This document shows, one piece after another, positions 37,417 through 45,208 of a DNA stretch of 60,727 nt. Each line of letters begins with the position of its first letter. Positions within the stretch are counted from its first letter, which is position 1. A program made the translations under genes and the position numbers. The notes beneath the pieces were generated by a model. The model was given only the letters and a program-made list of their open reading frames with translations. It made no database searches and was not told the origin of the DNA. This DNA is from an uncultured Elusimicrobiaceae bacterium (GTDB lineage Bacteria > Elusimicrobiota > Elusimicrobia > Elusimicrobiales > UBA9959), in contig CAZVWK010000003.1 of assembly GCA_964631475.1 (NCBI GenBank), forward strand, positions 1 to 60,727. The letters are read 5' to 3'.

Positions 37417-38601
37417 ATGGGAAGCAAGATACTCATAACCGACGACGATTCGCATCTCCGCGAGACGCTGCGCGACCTCCTGGAAATGGAGGGCTACCAG
37501 GTATTCGAGGCCGCCTCTGGCGCCGAGGCCATGAAGATGGTGGTCTCGGATTTCTTCCACGTCATCCTGATGGACTTCAACCTGACCGACAAGACCGGCA
37601 TCGAGGTCATCAAGGACATCCGCAAGCTCAATACCGACAGCCAGATCCTCATGATGACCGCGCACGCCTCGCTCGACACCGCAGTCAAGGCCATACAGGA
37701 GTCGGTCTACGACTTCCTGATAAAGCCCGTCGATTTCAACTACCTGCGGCGCGCCATCAAGAAGGCCGAGGAGAAGCTCTACCTCGAGCAGGAGAACAAG
37801 CGGCTCATCGACATGCTGCGCCGCAACAACGAGCAGCTCGACCGGCTCAACAACATGAAGTCGAAGTTCCTGTCGATGGCCTCGCACGACCTGTCCAACT
37901 CGCTGATGACGCTGCAGATTAGCTTCGAGATGCTGGCCGGCACAATCAAGCCCGACGACGACCAGAAGAAAAAGATGGATTTCATCACCGCCAGCATCAC
38001 CCAGATCTCGCGCCTCATCGGGGACCTGGTGGACTGGGCGTCCATCGAGCAGGGCAAGTTCCGGCTCGAGAAAAACTATTTCGAGATGGACAAGATGGTC
38101 GCCGAGCTCGTCGCCGGGCCCAAGGCCCGCGCGCACCAGAAAAGCATCGAGATCGACTACAAGATCGGCGAGGGCCTCAAGATGGTCTGCGCCGACAGGC
38201 GCCGCATCGGCCAGGTCCTGCTCAACCTCCTCGAGAACGGCATCCGCCACACGCAGCGCGGCGGGAAGATCATCGTCTTCGTGGACAAGCTGGAGGACTC
38301 GGTCTGCGTCTCCGTGACCGACAACGGCGAGGGCATCCCCGCCGACGTGCTGACCAAACTTTTCCAGAGCTTTTACCAGCCGCAGGGCGGCAAGTCGCCG
38401 CACGGGCGGCTGGGCCTCGGCCTGAGCATTTCGAAAGAGATAATCCAGAGCCACGACGGGCGGATATGGGTGGAGTCGGAGGGGGAGGGGAAAGGCTCCT
38501 CCTTCAAGTTCACCATCCCTTTCGCCAAGGAAGGGTCCCGGACGGAGGGCGCGCCCCAGGCGCAGCAGCTGCCCAGGCAGCCGCCGGCCCAGCAGCAGTA
38601 A
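37417..38601 (+). CDS. Hybrid protein with an N-terminal receiver and a C-terminal histidine kinase
   Basis: REC domain (ILITDDD, VILMDFNLTD, MMTAH, LIKPV), then HisKA (FLSMASHDLSNSL) and HATPase (LLENGIRHT, DNGEGI, GLGLSISKEI). Confidence 0.9.
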   Translation: MGSKILITDDDSHLRETLRDLLEMEGYQVFEAASGAEAMKMVVSDFFHVILMDFNLTDKTGIEVIKDIRKLNTDSQILMMTAHASLDTAVKAIQESVYDFLIKPVDFNYLRRAIKKAEEKLYLEQENKRLIDMLRRNNEQLDRLNNMKSKFLSMASHDLSNSLMTLQISFEMLAGTIKPDDDQKKKMDFITASITQISRLIGDLVDWASIEQGKFRLEKNYFEMDKMVAELVAGPKARAHQKSIEIDYKIGEGLKMVCADRRRIGQVLLNLLENGIRHTQRGGKIIVFVDKLEDSVCVSVTDNGEGIPADVLTKLFQSFYQPQGGKSPHGRLGLGLSISKEIIQSHDGRIWVESEGEGKGSSFKFTIPFAKEGSRTEGAPQAQQLPRQPPAQQQ

Positions 38602-38680
38602 AGGCCGTGGACGGGGGATGCCATGCGGCATGATGTCCCCTGGGGTCCCGGCAGAGAAACCAAGGCAAGGAGCTAGAAAC

Positions 38681-39358
38681 ATGGCAAGCCCCAAAAAGAC
38701 GGTTACGGTTCTTATAGCGGACGACCAGACCCTTTTCCGGGAGGGAATAAAGGACCTCCTGGAGGATGAGAAAGGGATAACGGTGGTCGGCGAGGCCTCC
38801 AACGGCCCCGAGGCCGTCGCTATGGCCAAGAAGATAAAGCCCGACGTTATCCTGATGGACATAAAGCTGCCCCAGATGGACGGCGTCTCGGCCACCCGCA
38901 TCATCCGCAAGGACTGCCCGCAGACCAACGTGCTGATACTCTCCTCCTACGAGGACGAGGCCCACATCACCGAGGCCATACAGGCCGGCGCCAACGGCTA
39001 CCTGTCCAAGATGCTCCCGGCCAGTGAACTGGTCCACGCGCTCAAGACCTTCACCGCCGAGGGAGTCATGATCCCGCAGCCCATCATGGGCAAGCTGATA
39101 CAGGGCCTGCGCCAGATGGGCCCCGGAGGCTACGACAGCGCCCCGGATTCCCTGACCGCCACCGAGATCAAGGTGATGGCGCTGCTGGGCAAGGGCAAGA
39201 GCAACAAGGAGATAGCCGCTGAGCTCGGCTGCTCAGTCAAGACGGTCAAGAACCACCTCAACAGCATCTTCCAGAAACTGGGCGTCAACAACCGCACCGA
39301 GGCGGTCGTCAAGGCCATAGAGAAGGGCCTGATTACGCCGGAGGATGGCGCGAGGTAA
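38681..39358 (+). CDS. NarL/FixJ-type response regulator (REC plus LuxR HTH)
   Basis: The ATG at 38681 is preceded by AAGGAG. REC domain (VLIADDQ, VILMDIKLPQMDG, LSSY, YLSK) and LuxR HTH (LTATEIKVMALLGKGKSNKEIAAELGCSVKTVKNHLNSIFQKLGV). Confidence 0.9.
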   Translation: MASPKKTVTVLIADDQTLFREGIKDLLEDEKGITVVGEASNGPEAVAMAKKIKPDVILMDIKLPQMDGVSATRIIRKDCPQTNVLILSSYEDEAHITEAIQAGANGYLSKMLPASELVHALKTFTAEGVMIPQPIMGKLIQGLRQMGPGGYDSAPDSLTATEIKVMALLGKGKSNKEIAAELGCSVKTVKNHLNSIFQKLGVNNRTEAVVKAIEKGLITPEDGAR

Positions 39359-39397
39359 AAACCGGGCTGGGGTGCGAACGGTGTCCCCGTTCTCTCC

Positions 39398-39432
39398 GGA
39401 GAGGCGGCCGGTCCCGGACCGCCCGCCTCTCC
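39398..39432 (+). terminator. GC-rich hairpin after the NarL-type regulator
   Basis: 10-bp stem ggagaggcgg (39398-39407) / ccgcctctcc (39423-39432) with further pairing inside the 15-nt loop. It lies 40 nt after the stop. No U-tract follows. Confidence 0.45.
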
Positions 39433-39483
39433 ATTGCCCGCCGCGCAACACCTATTTAACAATGGCTATCCATAATAGGGGTA

Positions 39484-39512
39484 TTGAAAACCCCGGTTTT
39501 TGGTGGTATAAC
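39484..39512 (+). promoter_or_regulatory. Sigma70-type promoter of the second flp cluster
   Basis: TTGAAA (39484-89), a 17-nt spacer, then TATAAC (39507-12). It lies 35 nt upstream of the flp ATG at 39547. Confidence 0.55.
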
Positions 39513-39546
39513 ATCGAGTAGAATCAGCGGGCCGGGAACGCGGAAA

Positions 39547-39750
39547 ATGACGGAACTGGAACTTGTTAAATACCTGCCGGCGCCTGCCGCCCTCCGCTTC
39601 AGGCGGGGGCAGAACCTAGTGGAGTATATGCTCATGCTGGCCGTAGTGGTCGGCGTGACGCTGATGCTCGGGGTCGCCTTTCACCGGAGGTTCCTCGGCG
39701 GGTTCTTCACGCTGATAGGCATGATTATAGGCGGCGGCGCGCCTAAATGA
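39547..39750 (+). CDS. flp: Flp family pilin (third paralogue)
   Basis: LRFRRG|QNLVEYMLMLAVVVGVTLMLG. The core is nearly identical to the 22788 pilin (GQN-VEY-LMLAVVVGV). The ATG at 39547 is preferred to the TTG at 39484, which sits inside the promoter. Confidence 0.8.
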   Translation: MTELELVKYLPAPAALRFRRGQNLVEYMLMLAVVVGVTLMLGVAFHRRFLGGFFTLIGMIIGGGAPK

Positions 39751-39763
39751 GCGGCGGGGACTT

Positions 39764-40948
39764 ATGAACGCGAGCGGGACCGAAGGCGGACGCGGGTGGA
39801 CCGGGCTCAGGCGCGCGGGACAAGTCCTCATTCCCTCCATCTTCGTAATTCCCACGCTTTTCCTTTTCGTCTACCTCCTGTTTGAGACGGCCAAGATCTC
39901 CCGCGAGAAGATCCGCCAGCAGTTCGCGGTGGACTCGGCCGCCTTCATACAGATGGGCGACTATACCAATTTCTTCAACCGCACGGCCTACGTGAACGGC
40001 GCCTTCCCCTACCGCATTTTCAAGGAGGCTTTCGAGTGCCCCTCCATCGGGCCGGAGATAGACAACGTCTACAAGTACACCAACAAAGAGGAATACCTCT
40101 GCCTCTACGACATGCTCTACGACAACGGCGTCATTCCCAAGTACGACGGCGACGAGCCGCGCGTGCAGCCCAGGCCGCTCGACTCCGAGACCAAGTGGAG
40201 CATCGCCTACAAGGACACGCTCCGGCCCGGCATCAACGACCTGCAGCCCGGCACCGACCTCGACGAGAGGCTCATCCTGCTCACCTACAACCAGGGCCAG
40301 TACGTCTACATCTTCTGGAACGAGGCCTCGGGCTTCGTCTACAAGTTCTACGCCCAGGTCTATACGCTCCTCGGGTCCGTGCAGGAATCCCAGTACACGG
40401 TCTTCAAGCGCCTGACGGAGAACTTCAATTTCTTCCGCAAGTCGTACTACCTCAACGCCAGCCCGCAGGACTGCGTGGACAACCCGGCCACCTGCGGCGA
40501 GCAGGGGCTCACGTCCGGGGGCAACAACTTCATCTCGCGCCGGATCACCAAGAGCGACGGCAACTTCGCGATGCACTTCATACAGAAGATAAAGTTCTTC
40601 TCCAAGAAGCCCTATATGCACCCCATACTGGGGCAGCAGTACCAGATGGTGGAGACGCCCGACATAGACATGCCCTCGCCCGGGCTCTTCCAGGTCGCGT
40701 CGATCAGGAAAGACGATCTGCGCCGGCTGGGAGAGGGCGTGGAGATCTTCCAGGGCTGGAACGCCGGGGCCAACTATTTCAACGTGCCGCTTGACACTCT
40801 CGCCGCCTGCCGGGAGACCGGACGCCCATGCGTGCACGCGCGCGTGGCCACGCAGTGCCCTGCGATGTGGGGCGGCGGCTGGTCCGGCAAGAACAACTGC
40901 GTCTGGCCCAACCCCACGCCCAAATACCAGACCAGGCTCTATCCCTGA
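39764..40948 (+). CDS. TadG-like large pseudopilin / pilus-associated protein
   Basis: N-terminus RRAGQVLIPSIFVIPTLFLFVYLLFETAKISREKIRQQFAVDSAAF resembles the Tad_N/TadG start. 394 aa with several Cys. It lies directly after flp. Confidence 0.65.
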   Translation: MNASGTEGGRGWTGLRRAGQVLIPSIFVIPTLFLFVYLLFETAKISREKIRQQFAVDSAAFIQMGDYTNFFNRTAYVNGAFPYRIFKEAFECPSIGPEIDNVYKYTNKEEYLCLYDMLYDNGVIPKYDGDEPRVQPRPLDSETKWSIAYKDTLRPGINDLQPGTDLDERLILLTYNQGQYVYIFWNEASGFVYKFYAQVYTLLGSVQESQYTVFKRLTENFNFFRKSYYLNASPQDCVDNPATCGEQGLTSGGNNFISRRITKSDGNFAMHFIQKIKFFSKKPYMHPILGQQYQMVETPDIDMPSPGLFQVASIRKDDLRRLGEGVEIFQGWNAGANYFNVPLDTLAACRETGRPCVHARVATQCPAMWGGGWSGKNNCVWPNPTPKYQTRLYP

Positions 40949-41520
40949 TGACCCGTCATAAGGCCCCTGACATCCGCCTGAAGGACCGCCTGGAGGCCGC
41001 CGGCCTCTGGCCCCGCCCGCGCCGCCGCAGAGGGCAGGCCATGACCGAGGTCGTGCTGCTGTTCCCCATCTTCATGATTATCGCCTTCCTGACGCTGAAG
41101 ATCTTCCAGCTGCTGGTGCTGGTGCAGAAGATGGAGATAGCCTCTTACTACGCCGGCCGCCGCTGGCAGCTGGAGTCCCATATCAATGTCGCCTACACTC
41201 CCGACGACAAGGCCCTGAAGATGGACATAGAGAAGGTGGTGCGGGACTATCTCGGCTACGGTACCGACGCCAGGAGCGTCAGGCTGGACATCGAGCGCAC
41301 CCAGGTCTGGAACGTAGTGACGATAACCGTCGAGACCCGCCCCCCGGGGCTCGGGCTCTTCTGCAGGTATCCCAAACAGACCATCTGCGCCCATCCCTAC
41401 GGCCAGGCCTGCAACGACGGCTACGATTATATCTGCGGCGGCGGGAAGAAGCTGGAGGTGGTCAAGTACGTGCCCAACCGCGACCGCCCCATACGGTTCG
41501 TGCTGCCGGGCCTGCAATAG
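40948..41520 (+). CDS. tadE: TadE-like pseudopilin
   Basis: The ATG at 40948 shares a nucleotide with the upstream stop (TGATG). RRRGQAMTEVVLLFPIFMIIAFLTLKIF is a TadE-type N-terminus. Confidence 0.75.
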   Translation: MTRHKAPDIRLKDRLEAAGLWPRPRRRRGQAMTEVVLLFPIFMIIAFLTLKIFQLLVLVQKMEIASYYAGRRWQLESHINVAYTPDDKALKMDIEKVVRDYLGYGTDARSVRLDIERTQVWNVVTITVETRPPGLGLFCRYPKQTICAHPYGQACNDGYDYICGGGKKLEVVKYVPNRDRPIRFVLPGLQ

Positions 41521-41531
41521 GGCGCGCCCCC

Positions 41532-41560
41532 TTGAAATCCGCGCCGCGGCCTGCTATAAC
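41532..41560 (+). promoter_or_regulatory. Sigma70-type promoter with the same hexamers as the flp promoter at 39484
   Basis: TTGAAA (41532-37), a 17-nt spacer, then TATAAC (41555-60). It starts 12 nt after the tadE-like stop. Confidence 0.55.
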
Positions 41561-41686
41561 ATTGGCGTAGGGAGCGCGGCCGGAGCAGGGCGGCAATGCC
41601 GCAGTCGGTGCCGCGAACTCTGCGGGCGGCCCCGGAGATGGCGAGAGGCTATTCCCCGGGCCGTAGTGTCTTTTTACGGAGGCCGT

Positions 41687-42949
41687 ATGGAAGAGGAAAA
41701 GGGTTCTAAAAAAGGCGGAGGCTGGTTCTGGCTGTTGCCCGTGGCCGGTTTCCTCCTCGTCGGCGGCTTCATAGCTCTGGTGACGATGCGCGACGCCGCT
41801 GAAAAACTTTCCGGCCGGCCCCAGGCGGGCGGTAATCCGGCCGGCGGCGGGCCGGCGCTGGCCGGGGGCGGCTCCGCGCTGGAGAGCCGCGATTTCTTCT
41901 CCTCCGACGAGACCGTCTCCCCAGAGGCCCTGGCCTCTTATGAGAAGCACCGGCTGGAGGTGGAGGACAGGCTCTATGAAAAAGGCCCCTCCGCCGGAAA
42001 AGTCGCGGCTTTCTCCGCGGGCGCGGCGCAGGCCGGGTCGGGCGACGGCGCGGACGCCGCGGGCGGCGCCGCAGCGGCCAGGCCGGGCGGCGGCCCGGGG
42101 CCGGCGCCAAGGATGTCGGCGTCCCTGTCTTCCGCCGGGGGCGCGGGCGGCGGGGGCTCCAGGTCCTCGCTGGGCGCCGCCGGCGCCTCCTCTTTCGGCG
42201 GGCCGGGCGCCAGGCCCGCCGTGGTGGCTTCCGCTTCGGGCGAGACGGGGGTCAGGGGCGGCGCCTCCAGGTCCGGCGGGGGCGGCGTAATAGAATCGCT
42301 GCGCAGCGCCTGGCGGGGGTCGGTGATGGGCGCGCGCGAGGCCTCCAACGACGCGGCCAGGACCCTGCTCGCCCGTTCCTTCGACGGCTCTCCCGCCAGC
42401 GAGCGGCTCTCGCTGCAGTACGACGAGAAAATGAAGAAGGAACTGGACGTGGTCAACCCGGATTCCATTCCCAAGTTCCTGCGCGACCAGGACATCAGCG
42501 CCGACCGCGCCTCCGCCTTCGAAGTGCCCGACATAAAGGGCGTCAAGGTGAACAGGGAAGGAACCGAGGCCTCGCTCAAGGAGGACAAGAACTACCAGGA
42601 GGCCCTGTCCAAGATGGCCGGCGGTATGCTCAACCCGATGTTCGGCGGGCTTACCGACAAAAACGAGGCCGCCGGCGCCGACGGCGGCCCGGAGACGGCC
42701 GGCGGCCTGAGCATACCGGACACCCCCCAGGACGACCAGTGGTTCAACGACCTCGGCAATGAGCAGCTCATGAACGCGGCCGGTTTCGAGGACTGCGGAG
42801 AGAGCTGCGGCTGCAGCTGCGCCGCGCCCTGCTGCTGCCTGCCGCAGGCGCCCGCCGGCTGCCCGCTGTACGGGCCTTTCCTGCCCGACGACCCCTGCGG
42901 TTCGGATTTCGGCGCCCCGCCCCCGGGCGGCGAACTGGTATGGGTGTAG
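41687..42949 (+). CDS. Membrane-anchored Gly/Ala/Ser-rich protein with a C-terminal Cys cluster (hypothetical)
   Basis: The ATG at 41687 has GGAGG 4 nt upstream (the track starts at GTG 41666). TM segment WFWLLPVAGFLLVGGFIALV, about 200 aa of low-complexity G/A/S/P sequence, then CGESCGCSCAAPCCCLPQAPAGCPLYGPFLPDDPC. Confidence 0.6.
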   Translation: MEEEKGSKKGGGWFWLLPVAGFLLVGGFIALVTMRDAAEKLSGRPQAGGNPAGGGPALAGGGSALESRDFFSSDETVSPEALASYEKHRLEVEDRLYEKGPSAGKVAAFSAGAAQAGSGDGADAAGGAAAARPGGGPGPAPRMSASLSSAGGAGGGGSRSSLGAAGASSFGGPGARPAVVASASGETGVRGGASRSGGGGVIESLRSAWRGSVMGAREASNDAARTLLARSFDGSPASERLSLQYDEKMKKELDVVNPDSIPKFLRDQDISADRASAFEVPDIKGVKVNREGTEASLKEDKNYQEALSKMAGGMLNPMFGGLTDKNEAAGADGGPETAGGLSIPDTPQDDQWFNDLGNEQLMNAAGFEDCGESCGCSCAAPCCCLPQAPAGCPLYGPFLPDDPCGSDFGAPPPGGELVWV

Positions 42950-42959
42950 GAAAGGACGC

Positions 42960-44066
42960 GTGATGGTGAAAAGGACGCTGCTCTGCGCGCTGGCCGCCCT
43001 CGCCTGCGCCTGCTCTTCCGAGGGTTCGAGGGACAGGAAGATAATCGCCATTTTCGGCAAACATTCGGCGGAACTTCACGACCCGTCCAGGCTCGCCTCC
43101 GAACTGCGCTCCCGCGGCCCGGCCGGGCTGCGGCTTTTCGACCCCTACGCTTCGATAGTCGCGAAGGAGGTCGAAACCAGGGTGGCCGGCCCGCGCGAGG
43201 ACGCCCCGGCGCCCAGCGGACTGCTGCTGGGCCCCTGCGGCGCCTCGGCCTGCGTGCTGCGCGTCTTCAGGGGTTCTCCGGCCGAGCGCGCCGGGTTCAG
43301 GGATTACGACAGGATAGTTTCGGCCGGCGGCGCCGGGCCCGGGGCCGCGGAGGTCCTGGCCTCTTTATCTTCGGGCGCGCGGGAAGTCGCGGTCTCCCGC
43401 CGCGGAGCCGTCTCGGCCCTGCCCCTCGCCAGAGAGGCCTTCTCCCCGCCGCCGGTTTTCGGCTTTTACGACCCGGCCACCAGGTCGGTTTACATCAGGC
43501 TGGGCATGCTCTACGAGGGAGCCTCCGCCGTCATGGAGAAGGGGCTGGCCGCCTACCGGTCCGCCTCCCCGCGCAGGATAGTCGTGGACCTGCGCTATAA
43601 CCGCGGCGGGCTGCCGCAGGAGGCCGCGGCGGTGTTCCGCCTCCTGGCCGGCCGGGGAAAGAAGTGTTTTTCGCTGGCTTCCCGCCACCCCGGCTATTCG
43701 GTTTCCTTCCCGCCGGCCGCCGGCGGGGCTTACGCCGGCGCGGAGCTGGCGGTGCTGGTCAACGGCGAGACCGCCGCGGCGGCCGAGGCGCTGGCCGCGG
43801 CGCTCAAGGAGGCCGGGGCCCGGGTCTACGGCTCGCGGACCAGGGGCGCCGCGGGGCTGCAGCGTAATTTTGCGCTGGACGGGAGGAACTCCCTGAGGCT
43901 CACCGTCGCCAGGTTCCTGGCCCCGTCAGGCGCCGAACTGGAAGGCAGGGGCCTGGTCCCTTCGTATGAGGCAAAAGAACCGGCGGACTTCGCGCCCGTC
44001 TGGCGCGCCCCGGCGGAGGACCTCTTTTTCAGGGACCCGGCCTGGCTCGCCGCCATAAAAGGCTGA
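42960..44066 (+). CDS. S41-peptidase-like lipoprotein with a PDZ segment, predicted catalytically dead
   Basis: Lipobox LAALACAC. Homologous blocks to ctpA are present (VDLRYNRGGLPQEAA). The Ser motif reads VLVNGETAAAAEALAAAL (versus SASASE) and the Lys motif reads RTRGAAG (versus TFGKAS). The start is GTG 42960 or ATG 42963. Confidence 0.8.
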   Translation: MMVKRTLLCALAALACACSSEGSRDRKIIAIFGKHSAELHDPSRLASELRSRGPAGLRLFDPYASIVAKEVETRVAGPREDAPAPSGLLLGPCGASACVLRVFRGSPAERAGFRDYDRIVSAGGAGPGAAEVLASLSSGAREVAVSRRGAVSALPLAREAFSPPPVFGFYDPATRSVYIRLGMLYEGASAVMEKGLAAYRSASPRRIVVDLRYNRGGLPQEAAAVFRLLAGRGKKCFSLASRHPGYSVSFPPAAGGAYAGAELAVLVNGETAAAAEALAAALKEAGARVYGSRTRGAAGLQRNFALDGRNSLRLTVARFLAPSGAELEGRGLVPSYEAKEPADFAPVWRAPAEDLFFRDPAWLAAIKG

Positions 44067-44104
44067 AGTCCCGCCGGCCGCTTGACCTGTCAAGACCTAA
44101 CCCC

Positions 44105-44132
44105 TTGACAAAGGAGAAAAATCCTGTATACT
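44105..44132 (+). promoter_or_regulatory. Sigma70-type promoter of the riboswitch-like leader
   Basis: TTGACA (44105-10), a 16-nt spacer, then TATACT (44127-32). It is preceded by the palindrome CTTGAC-ct-GTCAAG (44081-94). Confidence 0.55.
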
Positions 44133-44159
44133 ATAGTGCCCGGCCCCGGTGGCCGCGCG

Positions 44160-44252
44160 TTTTGGTGTGTCACGACAATAGCAAACCCGTCCAAAGACGG
44201 GGGCGCAAAGCCGAGGGTCCGACCGCGGACTGCCTGGCTGCCGAAGACCGGA
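44160..44252 (+). promoter_or_regulatory. Candidate c-di-GMP-I (GEMM-I) riboswitch aptamer
   Basis: Ordered conserved blocks: AGCAAACC (44180-87); hairpin CCCGUC-CAAA-GACGGG (44186-44201); GGCGCAAAGCC (44202-12); hairpin GUCCG-ACCG-CGGAC (44217-30); CCUGGCUGCCGAAG (44233-46). These match the GEMM-I consensus as I recall it. Terminator hairpins follow. Not verified with a covariance model. Confidence 0.55.
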
Positions 44253-44257
44253 AAGCG

Positions 44258-44280
44258 GAAAAGGGCGCTTGCGCCTTTTC
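44258..44280 (+). terminator. First terminator-like hairpin of the leader
   Basis: GAAAAGG(G)CG-CUUG-CGCCUUUUC: short GC stem, A/U extension and a U4 run. Confidence 0.4.
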
Positions 44281-44296
44281 AACGCAATCTTTCAGG

Positions 44297-44341
44297 CCGT
44301 TCGCCTGTCTTCGGGATACCGGAGCCGGCGGGCGGTTTTTT
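44297..44341 (+). terminator. Second, stronger intrinsic terminator of the leader
   Basis: CCGUUCGCC (44297-305) pairs with GGCGGGCGG (44327-35) for 9 bp including two G-U pairs. An internal UUCG mini-hairpin is present, followed by U6 (44336-41). Confidence 0.6.
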
Positions 44342-44499
44342 ATTTCGGCGGGGTTTTTATGAAAAAAGACCTGATTTGCGGAAAAAGGCGTCTCGCGCGC
44401 GCTGAAACAAATCCGAAATATTGTACTATTATCATAATCAACGCGCTTTGCCGCCTGGAAAGGGCTCTGCGGCAAGGCGTGGTTCTACTTTATTGCCTG

Positions 44500-45201
44500 A
44501 TGACCGGACTTTCACTAATCATCCTGTTGGCCGCCGCCCCGGCGGCTTTCGCCGACGCCGGGACCGTCTCCGTTTCCACCCGGCCGCCCTCGCAGGCCGA
44601 GCTGGCCCCCGCGCAGGCTGTCAATATTCCCGCCGCGGTGAGCGCGCTCAAGGGGAAGAATTACTCGGCCAAAATGGCGGCCATCTTGAACCTGGCGAAA
44701 ACCCGGGACAGCGGCGCCGTGCCAGAGCTGCTCAGGCAGTACATGAGAGAGAAGGACTCCGGCGTAAAAGCGAAGATATTGGAGGCGGCCTCCGCTTTCG
44801 GCGACTCGGCTCTTATGCGGGAGGCGGCCGGCGAACTGCTGACCAGCACTGACACCCGCCTTCGCTACAGCGCGGTCTACGCGCTGGGCTACTCCCCCTC
44901 CGGTGCCGCAGTCCCCTCGCTGCTGGCCATCTTCCGCGGCGCCGACGAGCCAAAACCTCTGCGTATGCAGGCGGCCAACGCGCTTTCCCGCTTCCCGCGC
45001 GAGGACGTCTACGCGGCTTTCGTGGAGGCATTGTCCGACGGCGACCCGGAGATGCGCAGACAGGCCGCGGTCTCTCTGTCCCTCTGCTTCGCCGGCGAGC
45101 CGGACAGGGTGCGGCCCCACCTGGAAAAATTAAGGTCCGATCCGGAGACCGCGGAGACCGCGGAGACTTACCTGGAGATGATGGGCCCGGTGAAAAAATG
45201 A
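44500..45201 (+). CDS. Secreted HEAT-repeat (PBS-lyase-HEAT-like) protein
   Basis: The ATG at 44500 gives the signal peptide MTGLSLIILLAAAPAAFADA. Repeated units of about 30 aa follow (AILNLAKTRDSGAVPELL; RYSAVYALGYSPSGAAVPSLL; RMQAANALSRFPREDVYAAFVEAL; MRRQAAVSL). In-frame codons upstream (44269-44499) are AT-rich and atypical, so I treat them as non-coding. Confidence 0.65.
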   Translation: MTGLSLIILLAAAPAAFADAGTVSVSTRPPSQAELAPAQAVNIPAAVSALKGKNYSAKMAAILNLAKTRDSGAVPELLRQYMREKDSGVKAKILEAASAFGDSALMREAAGELLTSTDTRLRYSAVYALGYSPSGAAVPSLLAIFRGADEPKPLRMQAANALSRFPREDVYAAFVEALSDGDPEMRRQAAVSLSLCFAGEPDRVRPHLEKLRSDPETAETAETYLEMMGPVKK

Positions 45202-45208
45202 GGCGAAG

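Noticed and set aside
44236-44250. GCUGCCGAAGACCGG resembles the B12-box (GCCCGAAGACCUGCC-like) of cobalamin riboswitches. 6S RNA, SRP RNA and RNase P RNA were also considered for the 44.1-44.35 kb transcript.
   Set aside because: The upstream cobalamin core (GGGAA...GGUG...AAUCC...GCCACUG) is absent. The SRP (GGAAG-AGCA), RNase P (GAGGAAAGUCC) and tmRNA signatures are also absent. The same nucleotides fit the 3' block of GEMM-I together with the GCAAACC and CGCAAAGCC blocks, which is the more complete match.
44269-44499. The track start (44269) and the ATG at 44359 as starts of the HEAT-repeat protein.
   Set aside because: They would place the riboswitch terminators and an AT-rich stretch with atypical codons (aaa aaa gac ctg att tgc gga aaa ...) inside the CDS. 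The ATG at 44500 yields a clean signal peptide. The start remains somewhat uncertain because there is no obvious SD.
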